Positions 51,330-60,320 of a DNA stretch of 62,913 nt are shown one piece after another. The DNA comes from Flavobacteriales bacterium (lineage in GTDB: Bacteria > Bacteroidota > Bacteroidia > Flavobacteriales_G > JALEGO01): positions 1 through 62,913 of the forward strand of contig JAHDHZ010000007.1 of assembly GCA_020631045.1 (NCBI GenBank). The letters run 5' to 3'. The notes beneath the pieces are model-generated. The model was given only the letters and a program-made list of their open reading frames with translations. It ran no database searches and was not told the DNA's origin. Every line of letters starts with the position of its first letter. The stretch's first letter is position 1. Made by a program: the position numbers and the translations under genes.

Positions 51330-52655
51330 TCAATTATTGCGTTTTGCACCTACCTTTTGTGAAGGTTTATTTGTCTTTGAAGGTTTAAAATTTTCTAAGG
51401 CTTCATTGATCTGCCTGAGCTCGGTAAGCAATCTAATTTCTTGTTTATTGGTCATGATTGAAAAAGCAGCTTTCAAGTCAACAAGGTCTATAAACTCATA
51501 TAAATTAGTCATGTAAAAAGCATCATGGTACAAGTTCTGATCAGTTTTGCTGTTTAAATCTATAGGCCATACCTTCAAGTTCAATTGCTTTGATTTTTCT
51601 TGCACATGTAGCAAAGCCTTTAAAGCATAGGTGTTTTTAGAATCAAAAAAACAAAACACGTTATTTGTATCAGATAGTAAATCAGCGAAATTGTTGACAT
51701 TTTGTTTTTGATCAATTAATATAAATTCTTTAAAATCTTTAGGCTTGTGCTTTTTTGTAAACATTTGATATGCTAACTGGTACAGATCTGTATACTTAAG
51801 TGACCGATGGTTTTTAACATTATCTAAAGCCTTGATGAGTTCAGTTTTTTTGAATTGAGTACTTGAATGATAATACGCGTATAACATCGATAAAAACATC
51901 AATTCTGCTTGCTGATCATCAACGTTAAAATGCTCTTTTGTTTGAACAATACTTCTTGCTATATCTCTATGATGTATAAAAGTTGAATCTAGTGTAAAAC
52001 GTATTTTTCTTTGTTTAAACACAGATCTAAATTGTTTGTCGAAAAGTATTTTTGCTGCCTTTTGATTACGATTAAACATTAAATCATAGTCTTTTTTAGG
52101 TAGCTTTTGAGATTTAAAATCAGTGTTATACAAACACTGTTGAATCAAAATATAGTCTTGAACAAATGCGTCTAAAGTATCTTTATTTAAAAAGATTGCT
52201 TGCATGGCTGAATCTGAGATGATCTGTTTTTGATCAATGGCTGTATTGTATAAAGTATTAAACATTGAATCTACCCAATACATGTGATGATTGATTTGTG
52301 CATCAGGTTCTGTTATTTTTTGGATGAAGAGCTGGTGTTTTTTGTAGTGAGAATCTTGTACATCAAATATGCCAAAATCAATTGAAAAGCTTCCAGGATA
52401 CAAAATCAATTCAGCAACATAATTCTTATGTTTAATCTCTACATACTGCCGAGTGTCAAGTTCAAAACTAAAGCTATCAATAGCTTGATCTGAGGCATAG
52501 ACTAAACGCTTGGTTTCAAACGGAAAAAAACTTTTGGTGTGTACCTGAATGCTAAGCGTTGTATCTAATCGAACTTCAACACTATTTTGGGATTGAAAAG
52601 CATTAAAAAAAAATAGAAACACAAAAAAAAGCCCCGCTCCTCTTCTAAAGTTCAT
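51330..52655 (-). CDS. Exported hypothetical protein with possible degenerate C-terminal thioredoxin-like domain
   Basis: Signal peptide from ATG 52655; DFKEFILIDQK..VFCFFDSK resembles a TlpA layout without CxxC. Confidence 0.5.
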   Translation of the reverse strand: MNFRRGAGLFFVFLFFFNAFQSQNSVEVRLDTTLSIQVHTKSFFPFETKRLVYASDQAIDSFSFELDTRQYVEIKHKNYVAELILYPGSFSIDFGIFDVQDSHYKKHQLFIQKITEPDAQINHHMYWVDSMFNTLYNTAIDQKQIISDSAMQAIFLNKDTLDAFVQDYILIQQCLYNTDFKSQKLPKKDYDLMFNRNQKAAKILFDKQFRSVFKQRKIRFTLDSTFIHHRDIARSIVQTKEHFNVDDQQAELMFLSMLYAYYHSSTQFKKTELIKALDNVKNHRSLKYTDLYQLAYQMFTKKHKPKDFKEFILIDQKQNVNNFADLLSDTNNVFCFFDSKNTYALKALLHVQEKSKQLNLKVWPIDLNSKTDQNLYHDAFYMTNLYEFIDLVDLKAAFSIMTNKQEIRLLTELRQINEALENFKPSKTNKPSQKVGAKRNN

Positions 52656-53112
52656 CCTTAATTGCTTTAGGAACAAAAGAGCTTACATTTCCATTGTTTT
52701 TTAATACATCTCTCACAATACTTGAACTTATAGCCGTATACCGAGCATCACAGATTAAAAATATTGTCTCAACAGTATCATTCAATGACTTGTTAGCCAT
52801 AGCAATAGATTGCTCATAGGTAAAATCAAGCGAAGATCTCAAGCCTCTGACAACATATTTAATCTCTTGTTGAGCACAAAAATCAACAGTAAGACCTTCA
52901 TAAGAGACCACTTTAACTTTCTGATAATCTGCGAAGGTTTTTTGCAAAAAATGCATTCTTTGCTCAAGGCTAAACATATACTTTTTCTCTGCATTTTGAC
53001 CAATGGCAACATACAATTCATCGAATAAGTCTAAAGCTCTCAAAATAACAGACTCATGCCCCTTTGTAATGGGATCAAAAGAACCTGGAAAAATTGCTTT
53101 TTTTAGTTTCAT
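52645..53112 (-). CDS. coaD: Phosphopantetheine adenylyltransferase
   Basis: FPGSFDPITKGH, VRGLR..DFTYE, ISSSIVR. Confidence 0.96.
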   Translation of the reverse strand: MKLKKAIFPGSFDPITKGHESVILRALDLFDELYVAIGQNAEKKYMFSLEQRMHFLQKTFADYQKVKVVSYEGLTVDFCAQQEIKYVVRGLRSSLDFTYEQSIAMANKSLNDTVETIFLICDARYTAISSSIVRDVLKNNGNVSSFVPKAIKDEL

Positions 53113-53114
53113 AG

Positions 53115-55775
53115 CTAGTATATAACGTTGATTGTACCAGTTTTATTGAACACCTTATCTTGAACAGTAGTATACTCAAGCTCATATAAGTAGACTCCTT
53201 GACCAACTAGTTTACCGTTGAAAAGACCGTTCCATGAAACGTTCAAATTTTGCGTCTCATATACCCTATTGCCCCAGCGATTATAGATTTTAAAATCTAC
53301 CGTTTTAATATGTTGATGTACCAATTGAAATTCTTCATTTAAAAAATCTTGATTAGGTGTAAAGGTGTTGGGTAAATAAATAACTGGATGGCCTGTAATT
53401 ACAAGACGCTCGCAAACTGTGTCTTTACAAGAATTTAAATCAGTTAAAACCATACAAATATTTGAAGTGTCACCCTGAACATCTAATTCAAAAGTCGTTG
53501 AACTTTTGTTTAAAGCAATAAAATTTGAATCTACAAACCAACTTACAGTTCCTTCATCTGATGACTCATCAAACAATTCAATAGTATTGTTCACATACGT
53601 TGGAAATTCTGGATAAATATTCATCTGCGCCTCAGGAAAATCATGTAAACAAGTTATGTTGTATATGAAATCTTCTCCCTGACAACCACTATTAGATATA
53701 ACTTGTAACCCAACATCAAAACAATCTTCTGTAGAGTAAACATGCGTTTGTGCTTGACACCCATTTGCTGTATTACCGTCTCCAAAATTCCACAAACAAA
53801 TAGCAGATTGGTCAATATTTGTATTGTCAATTTCAAAAACACGATTCGGTGAATCAAAACATGTTGATACAGTATCAACAGAAAAAGAAAGTCCTGAGGC
53901 TGTAAAAAAAGCTTGACCAAAAACTTGATTAGAACAATTTTGATCAGTGATGGTAAGTCCCGTAATGGTATCTACAGCATTGATGAAAATTTGAATCTGA
54001 GAATCATTTATTGAACTCAATGTATTGATTTGATCTAAATGCAAATAATCTATTTGAAAAGGAGCCGTACCCTGAAATTCTATGAAAAGTGAATCAGAAA
54101 TACTATCACACAAATTTCCTGATCCAGACAACAATGCTTGAGGTTGTCGAAGAATTTGAACTCTGACACTAGAGGTATCATCACAAGAACCTATAGTATA
54201 TAAAATCTGATAGACTGAGTCAACCTGATAATTTGACAAGGCTCCTGAAACTGAGTTTATTTGGGCTGAAGTTGACCCCAACAATGAATAGCTGCCTCCA
54301 AAAACGTTTGGGACAGGCAATATCACAGAGTCTTCACAAAAATCATTGATCACAAAACCCGCATCAACCGGTTCAAAAACCAAAACAGAATCTTGTAAAG
54401 TATCAGGGCATTGCCCCTGTGTGATGTACTGAATATAGTATAACTCACCTGGCAAAACGCCTGTTAAGTATGCAGAATCTTGACTGATAGAGGCTGAAGG
54501 AGTAGGCTGATAAAAACTAAATATCCCGTTTGGAGTTCCTAAAATTTGAACATCAGATTGCTGAGAGATACAAAAATCTTCTTTTATAAATAGTGCTGAT
54601 TCACTTGGTAGAACTTCAACTTGTTGAACATGGGTATATGATTGGCACTGATTAGCAGAGCTAATTGCATATTGTAGCGCATAAGTTTGTCCGACTTGCC
54701 CCATAGAAATAATTCCTGTATTCTGATCAACAATCGCTGGGGGCGAGGCATTGACTAATGAAAATAAGCCTTGATTGGGTTGATTGATTGAAGTAATGGT
54801 ATTTGTTAAGCCCTCACAAATATCAGAACTCGTAAACGTAGGGTCGATGTTCTGATCAACTTGAACATCAAAGGTAATCGATCCACCATAATCAAGATTT
54901 CCACAATTAGACATATAAAAATCAAATGTTGTGGTTTCAAATAACTGCACATAAACTGTTTGCCCGTGAGCTATATCATAACTAATAGAGGCTGACCCAG
55001 TATCAACTTCATAACATCTGTTACCTGTGTAAGGAGCTCCCATATCAAACATATTAAAGGTGAAAATTGCAGAATCTCCTGGGCATAAAGTAGTTGAACC
55101 TGTCGTGCTATTTACTTCAACAAATGCAGAATCTAGCATCGGGATCAAACAAACATCATCAATGGCTACATCATGCCCTCCAGACATGGGGCCAGGATGA
55201 GCAGTATACTGATAAATACACAATTCAGTAGAAGTACTATTCGCAGTAAATAAATGCTGATAGTTCTGCCATCCAACATTTTTTAAGAATTCCATATCAA
55301 CATTCTGAGCTACCCCATTGATACGCAAATCAAGTGTAGGGTTAATTTCTCCGCCAATGTTTGGAACATTTCCCCAGAAAGAAAACATGTAGTTTTGTCC
55401 TATTTGTGTTTGAACTGTAGTACAATAAATAACAGGGAAAGAATCAGGTACATTGTTGTTGCGCATGTTTACACTTAAAAAACTGCCTTGTCCTGAATGA
55501 TCAGTAGGGATTTGCCATGCGTTTACTCCCATCCAAGGAAAACAGTCTGCATGTGTTGAAACAGTATAAAATCCATCTAACACACAGCCAGAATCGCTTT
55601 GATTGTCATAATTATGATCAGGAACTGTAAATCCAACAAGACCGTTTTCAAAATCACCATTGGTAATTAGATTTTGTGAACATTGGCCTATCACTTTTAA
55701 AGAGATAACCAGAATACAAAAAGTAAAAAAGAATGAATGAAAACGTTTAAACACCCTTAAATTTATGAAAATCAA
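53115..55775 (-). CDS. Secreted protein with N-terminal CBM-like domain, PKD-like repeats and type-B T9SS CTD
   Basis: LITNGDFE..GHDVAIDD; WNFGDG; LPNTFTPNQDFLNE..IYNRWG..WNG..GVY. Confidence 0.88.
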   Translation of the reverse strand: MIFINLRVFKRFHSFFFTFCILVISLKVIGQCSQNLITNGDFENGLVGFTVPDHNYDNQSDSGCVLDGFYTVSTHADCFPWMGVNAWQIPTDHSGQGSFLSVNMRNNNVPDSFPVIYCTTVQTQIGQNYMFSFWGNVPNIGGEINPTLDLRINGVAQNVDMEFLKNVGWQNYQHLFTANSTSTELCIYQYTAHPGPMSGGHDVAIDDVCLIPMLDSAFVEVNSTTGSTTLCPGDSAIFTFNMFDMGAPYTGNRCYEVDTGSASISYDIAHGQTVYVQLFETTTFDFYMSNCGNLDYGGSITFDVQVDQNIDPTFTSSDICEGLTNTITSINQPNQGLFSLVNASPPAIVDQNTGIISMGQVGQTYALQYAISSANQCQSYTHVQQVEVLPSESALFIKEDFCISQQSDVQILGTPNGIFSFYQPTPSASISQDSAYLTGVLPGELYYIQYITQGQCPDTLQDSVLVFEPVDAGFVINDFCEDSVILPVPNVFGGSYSLLGSTSAQINSVSGALSNYQVDSVYQILYTIGSCDDTSSVRVQILRQPQALLSGSGNLCDSISDSLFIEFQGTAPFQIDYLHLDQINTLSSINDSQIQIFINAVDTITGLTITDQNCSNQVFGQAFFTASGLSFSVDTVSTCFDSPNRVFEIDNTNIDQSAICLWNFGDGNTANGCQAQTHVYSTEDCFDVGLQVISNSGCQGEDFIYNITCLHDFPEAQMNIYPEFPTYVNNTIELFDESSDEGTVSWFVDSNFIALNKSSTTFELDVQGDTSNICMVLTDLNSCKDTVCERLVITGHPVIYLPNTFTPNQDFLNEEFQLVHQHIKTVDFKIYNRWGNRVYETQNLNVSWNGLFNGKLVGQGVYLYELEYTTVQDKVFNKTGTINVIY

Positions 55776-56245
55776 GTTTTTTTATCAAAAAACTCTTCGA
55801 CAAACTTGAATCTATATTCAAAAATAGACTCAATTTTTTTGGCAATAAACAACTTGTTTAAAAGCCTGCCTAAAAAAGAAAAACCAATGGCATAGTTTAC
55901 CTCGTCGTACATTTCTACACCACCATCAACCTGCTTAAAATGATGTTGGTGGTGCCATAGGGCATAAGGTCCAAAGCGTTGTTCATCAACAAAGAACTGT
56001 TTGTCAACTACATGTGTGATTTCAGTAACCCAATGCATTTTCAAACCCAAAAGAGGGCTTACATGATATTGAATGATCATTCCCGAATGCATTTTTTGTT
56101 GCGCGTTAAAATCAGAAATAATCTCAAAACCCATGTTATCTGGAGTGATTTTTTGCAGATTCACTGGGGTTGAGAAAAACTCCCATGCTCGATCGATTGA
56201 TATGGGAATAAATTGTGTTTTCTTTAAGGTATAAACTTTAGGCAT
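55772..56245 (-). CDS. SRPBCC family protein
   Basis: WEFFSTPVNLQKITP, WVTEITHV, FVDEQRFGPYALWHHQH. Confidence 0.88.
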   Translation of the reverse strand: MPKVYTLKKTQFIPISIDRAWEFFSTPVNLQKITPDNMGFEIISDFNAQQKMHSGMIIQYHVSPLLGLKMHWVTEITHVVDKQFFVDEQRFGPYALWHHQHHFKQVDGGVEMYDEVNYAIGFSFLGRLLNKLFIAKKIESIFEYRFKFVEEFFDKKT

Positions 56246-56690
56246 CTGTATGTTCTTGAATTATTTTCCAGGTGTGATCAGCCAATAGAGTAGCTGATGC
56301 GATAAACTTTTTAAATTGTTTCGAACGCCCCCAATCATCAGGACCAATCAAAGAGAGATGATGTTCGTGTTGATCATCTTCATAGAGATGATAAGTATGA
56401 TTAATCAAAGGCTTAAAACTATACTTAGCCTTGTAAATCATTCTTGAAACTTCAACTCTATTTTGAATTGCTGTGGCTTGGGTAGCCAACAACTGCATTT
56501 GCTCATAAATTTGCTTAAGCTGCATATTGGTTTGATCAACCATAGCTACTTCTGCTGTTTTTTTTATTTGGCCCACTTTTGTAGGTTCAAACTTAATGGA
56601 ACCCACCGTGTGAGCGTACTCAAGAAAACTAGGTTTATCAGTGATCTTATCTTTAGAAATTGGATTGTATGTCTTTTTTTTCTTAGACAT
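56238..56690 (-). CDS. DUF2452 domain protein
   Basis: LEYAHTVGS, IYKAKYSFKP..YHLY, LSLIGPDDW, ADHTW. Confidence 0.75.
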   Translation of the reverse strand: MSKKKKTYNPISKDKITDKPSFLEYAHTVGSIKFEPTKVGQIKKTAEVAMVDQTNMQLKQIYEQMQLLATQATAIQNRVEVSRMIYKAKYSFKPLINHTYHLYEDDQHEHHLSLIGPDDWGRSKQFKKFIASATLLADHTWKIIQEHTDA

Positions 56691-59600
56691 TGAAATCTAA
56701 CTCTAAAACTAAATCATCAGCTCCAACAAGTGTAGATTCACTCAAAACAATCTTTTTAACTTTTGCTTTCTGAGAAGCTGTTATGGTTGTCTCCATTTTC
56801 ATCGCTTCAATAATAAACAAAGGCTGGTTTTTTTCTATCACATCACCCTTATTTACAAGAATCTTAGATAAGAGACCCTGTAAAGGAGAGCCAATTTGCT
56901 CTTTGAGTTCAACATCAGCTTTTCTATTTTGAGCAGCATCAATTTTTAAAGCATTGTCTTTAATTTGAACGTTTCTTGTTTGTCCGTTTACTTTAAAAAA
57001 GACTGTTCTTATACCCTCTTGGTTGGCAGGACCTACAGAAAGAAGTTTGACAATGATTTTTTTGCCCTCAGCAATTTCGATGATGGTCTCTTCCATGAGC
57101 TGCATTCCATAGAAGAAATTCTTTGTAGGAATTTTAGAAATATCTCCATACTTGGCATGCTTCTCATAGGCCTGTTTCCAAACTTTAGGATAAAGCTTAA
57201 AAGATAAGAAATCAGAGAAATTTAGCGGCCTTACAAATCCTTTTTGAAACTCTTTGATAAACTCGTTATACTCTTTATCAAAATCAACAGGTTTGAGGTG
57301 TTGATTTGGTCTTTGTGTATATGGCTTAATGTCTTTGAGAATAATTTTTTGAAGCTTTTCAGGAAATCCACCATACGGCTGACCTAGATCTCCTTTAAAA
57401 AAGGCTTGAACTGAATCAGGAAAAGAAATTTCTTCTCCTTTGCTTAACACATCTTCTACAGTCAAATCATTGCTCACCATAAATTGAGCCATATCTCCTA
57501 CTACTTTTGAACTTGGGGTAACTTTAATCACTCCTCCAAACAAATCATTTACCTCTTTATACCTTTGCTTGATCAGATCAAACTTATCTTCAAGACCTAA
57601 AGCGATTGCCTGGGGCTTTAAATTTGAGTATTGCCCTCCAGGAATTTCATGTTCGAACACTTGGGCTGTACTTGATTTTAAACCAGACTCAAAAGGATAG
57701 TAATACGTTCTTACACTTTGCCAGTAATCAGAATATTCGTTGAGTTTCTTAGAATCAAACTTGTTTTCTCTTTCTGAATATTTTAACATCTCAACCACCG
57801 CATTGAAATTAGGTTGTGATGTCAAACCTGATAATCCACCCAAAGCAACATCAACTACGTCTACCCCAGCCTCAATAGCTTTCAAATAAGTAGTTGTTTG
57901 CAATGAAGAAGTATCATGAGTATGCAAATGAATCGGCAAATCAACTGTATCTTTCAACGCCTCGATCAACAATTTAGCAGCATAAGGTTTTAAAAGACCT
58001 GCCATGTCTTTGATTGCTATAATATGAGCTCCAGCATTTTCAATGTCTTTAGCAAGCTTTAAATAATAATCTAGTGTATATTTTGTTTTGGATGTGTCTA
58101 AAATATCACCCGTATAACACAAGCAAACCTCGGCCAGAGCACCAGTCTTATTTCTTACTGTGTTGATACTTGTTTCCATCGCCTTGAGCCAGTTTAAAGA
58201 ATCAAAAATTCTAAATACATCAATGCCTGTTTCATGTGACTGCTCAATAAATCGCTCAATCAAATTGTCAGGATAAGAAGTGTATCCTACTGCATTTGAC
58301 CCCCTGATTAACATTTGCAATAAAATATTGGGAACCGCCTTTCTAAGTTCTGCTAAACGCGCCCAAGGATTTTCGTGCAAAAACCTTAAAGCCACATCAA
58401 ATGTCGCTCCGCCCCAAACCTCTAGACTAAAAATGTTAGGATTGTTTTTGGCATATGACTCAGCCACATTAAGCATGTCAATCGTACGCATTCTAGTCGC
58501 CAAAAGAGACTGATGTGCATCACGCATAGTAGTATCTGTAAAATGAATTTTTTTCTCATCTTTAAGCCACTTACTAAAATCCTGAGGTCCTAACTGGTTC
58601 AACAAATCTTTTGTGCCCTTTGGGTATGACTCAAAAGCATTAAATGAAGGCACGTTGGGTACATCAAATTTTGCTTTCTCATCTACAAAACGAACATCCT
58701 GATTACCATTGATGACTACTTCTCCGAGATATTGAACAATTTTAGAAGCCCTATCTTGCCTTTTTTTGACTTTAAACACCTCAGGGTAATTTTCAATAAA
58801 ACTCACTCGTGTAGCTCCATTTTTAAAAACCTGATGGTTGATGATGTTTGATACAAATTGAATGTTGGTTTTTACTCCTCTAATTCTAATTTCTTTCAAT
58901 GCTCTAGTCATTTTTCGAATTGCTCCATCTAAAGAAGAAGAATGCGAAGAAATTTTTAAAAGCATAGAGTCAAAAAACGGGCTTATCTGCGCCCCTTGAT
59001 AAATACTGCCTTCATCAACGCGTATTCCGAATCCATTTGCAGCCCTATAGGTTGTAATGGTTCCATAATCAGGCTTAAAGTTATTAGAGGGGTCTTCAGT
59101 AGTCACTCTGCATTGAATGGCATAACCATTCACTTTAATCGCTTGTTGAGAAGCTGTATTTTCATTGTCAGAAAGCTTGTGGCCTTTGGCGATCATAATT
59201 TGTGACTTAATTAAGTCAACTCCCGTTACCATTTCTGTCACCGTGTGCTCGACTTGAATTCTTGGATTTACTTCAATGAAAAAGATTTGTTCATTTTTAT
59301 CAACCAAAAACTCAACTGTTCCTGCATTATCATAGCTAACCTTTTTTGCAATTGAAAGTGCATAATTATACAAATCTTGCTTTGTTTGGTCTTTAAGGCC
59401 TATTGATGGAGCTTGTTCAATTACCTTTTGGTATCTTCTTTGAACAGAACAGTCTCTTTCATACAAATGAATGATGTTACCGTGTGAGTCTCCTAAAATT
59501 TGTACTTCAATGTGCTTAGGGTCTTCAATAAACTTTTCAAGAAAAACAGTTGCATCACCAAAAGCATTTTCAGCTTCTCTTTTTGCTTCTGAAAAAGCAG

Positions 59601-60144
59601 TTTGTAAATCGTCAACAGAGCGAATTACACGCATGCCTCTACCACCGCCACCACTTGCAGCTTTGAGCATGACAGGAAAGCCTATTCTTGTGGCTTCTTT
59701 TTGAGCTTCTTGAAGTGTATTTAGAGCTTTTTGGCTACTCTCAATAATAGGCACTGAAGCCTTTTGCGCAATAAGTTTAGCTTGTTCTTTATTGCCTAAA
59801 TGATCCATTACTTCTGGACTAGGGCCAATAAAAACAATATTGTTTTTAGCGCAGGCTCTTGCAAAATCAGAATTTTCAGATAAAAATCCATACCCTGGAT
59901 GAATAGCGTCAACCTGTTTGGCTTTAGCAAGCTCTATGATTTGATCTATGTCTAAGTAAGGTTTTAATGGATCTTGATCTGATCCGACCTGATAGGCTTC
60001 ATCAGCTTTGTACCTATGCTGTGAATAGCGATCTTCATAAGTGTATATTCCGACTGTTTCAATCCCTAATTCTACGCAAGCTCTAAAAACTCTAATGGCA
60101 ATTTCGCCTCTGTTGGCGACTAAGACTTTGTTTATTTTTTTCAC
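56683..60144 (-). CDS. pyc: Pyruvate carboxylase
   Basis: ANRGEIA, GGGGRGMR, RDCSVQRR, RDAHQS, WGGATFD, EAMKME biotin motif. Confidence 0.97.
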   Translation of the reverse strand: MKKINKVLVANRGEIAIRVFRACVELGIETVGIYTYEDRYSQHRYKADEAYQVGSDQDPLKPYLDIDQIIELAKAKQVDAIHPGYGFLSENSDFARACAKNNIVFIGPSPEVMDHLGNKEQAKLIAQKASVPIIESSQKALNTLQEAQKEATRIGFPVMLKAASGGGGRGMRVIRSVDDLQTAFSEAKREAENAFGDATVFLEKFIEDPKHIEVQILGDSHGNIIHLYERDCSVQRRYQKVIEQAPSIGLKDQTKQDLYNYALSIAKKVSYDNAGTVEFLVDKNEQIFFIEVNPRIQVEHTVTEMVTGVDLIKSQIMIAKGHKLSDNENTASQQAIKVNGYAIQCRVTTEDPSNNFKPDYGTITTYRAANGFGIRVDEGSIYQGAQISPFFDSMLLKISSHSSSLDGAIRKMTRALKEIRIRGVKTNIQFVSNIINHQVFKNGATRVSFIENYPEVFKVKKRQDRASKIVQYLGEVVINGNQDVRFVDEKAKFDVPNVPSFNAFESYPKGTKDLLNQLGPQDFSKWLKDEKKIHFTDTTMRDAHQSLLATRMRTIDMLNVAESYAKNNPNIFSLEVWGGATFDVALRFLHENPWARLAELRKAVPNILLQMLIRGSNAVGYTSYPDNLIERFIEQSHETGIDVFRIFDSLNWLKAMETSINTVRNKTGALAEVCLCYTGDILDTSKTKYTLDYYLKLAKDIENAGAHIIAIKDMAGLLKPYAAKLLIEALKDTVDLPIHLHTHDTSSLQTTTYLKAIEAGVDVVDVALGGLSGLTSQPNFNAVVEMLKYSERENKFDSKKLNEYSDYWQSVRTYYYPFESGLKSSTAQVFEHEIPGGQYSNLKPQAIALGLEDKFDLIKQRYKEVNDLFGGVIKVTPSSKVVGDMAQFMVSNDLTVEDVLSKGEEISFPDSVQAFFKGDLGQPYGGFPEKLQKIILKDIKPYTQRPNQHLKPVDFDKEYNEFIKEFQKGFVRPLNFSDFLSFKLYPKVWKQAYEKHAKYGDISKIPTKNFFYGMQLMEETIIEIAEGKKIIVKLLSVGPANQEGIRTVFFKVNGQTRNVQIKDNALKIDAAQNRKADVELKEQIGSPLQGLLSKILVNKGDVIEKNQPLFIIEAMKMETTITASQKAKVKKIVLSESTLVGADDLVLELDFNV

Positions 60145-60151
60145 GGTAGCA

Positions 60152-60304
60152 CAAAACTAAACAAAGCAATTTTTCAGGCCTTAGAAACCTATATTAATTT
60201 TTTAAAAAATCTATCAATAAAAAGTTTAGTAATGGTTTTCAACCAACAACTTATAAACACCATCAAATAAAATACTTAACAATACATTGTTTTTTTTAGA
60301 TTTG
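60152..60304. promoter_or_regulatory. Divergent -7 boxes for pyc and the terminal ORF
   Basis: TAGTTTTG minus 60152-60159; TAGATTTG plus 60297-60304. Confidence 0.6.
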
Positions 60305-60320
60305 TGAAAATTTTGTATTC

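Noticed and set aside
52605-52630. A9 and A8 tracts in a signal-peptide coding region as phase-variation sites
   Set aside because: Expected in AT-rich DNA encoding Phe-rich signal peptides; frame is intact
60145-60320. Longest intergenic region as an ncRNA or riboswitch
   Set aside because: AT-rich with no convincing structure; explained by two divergent promoters
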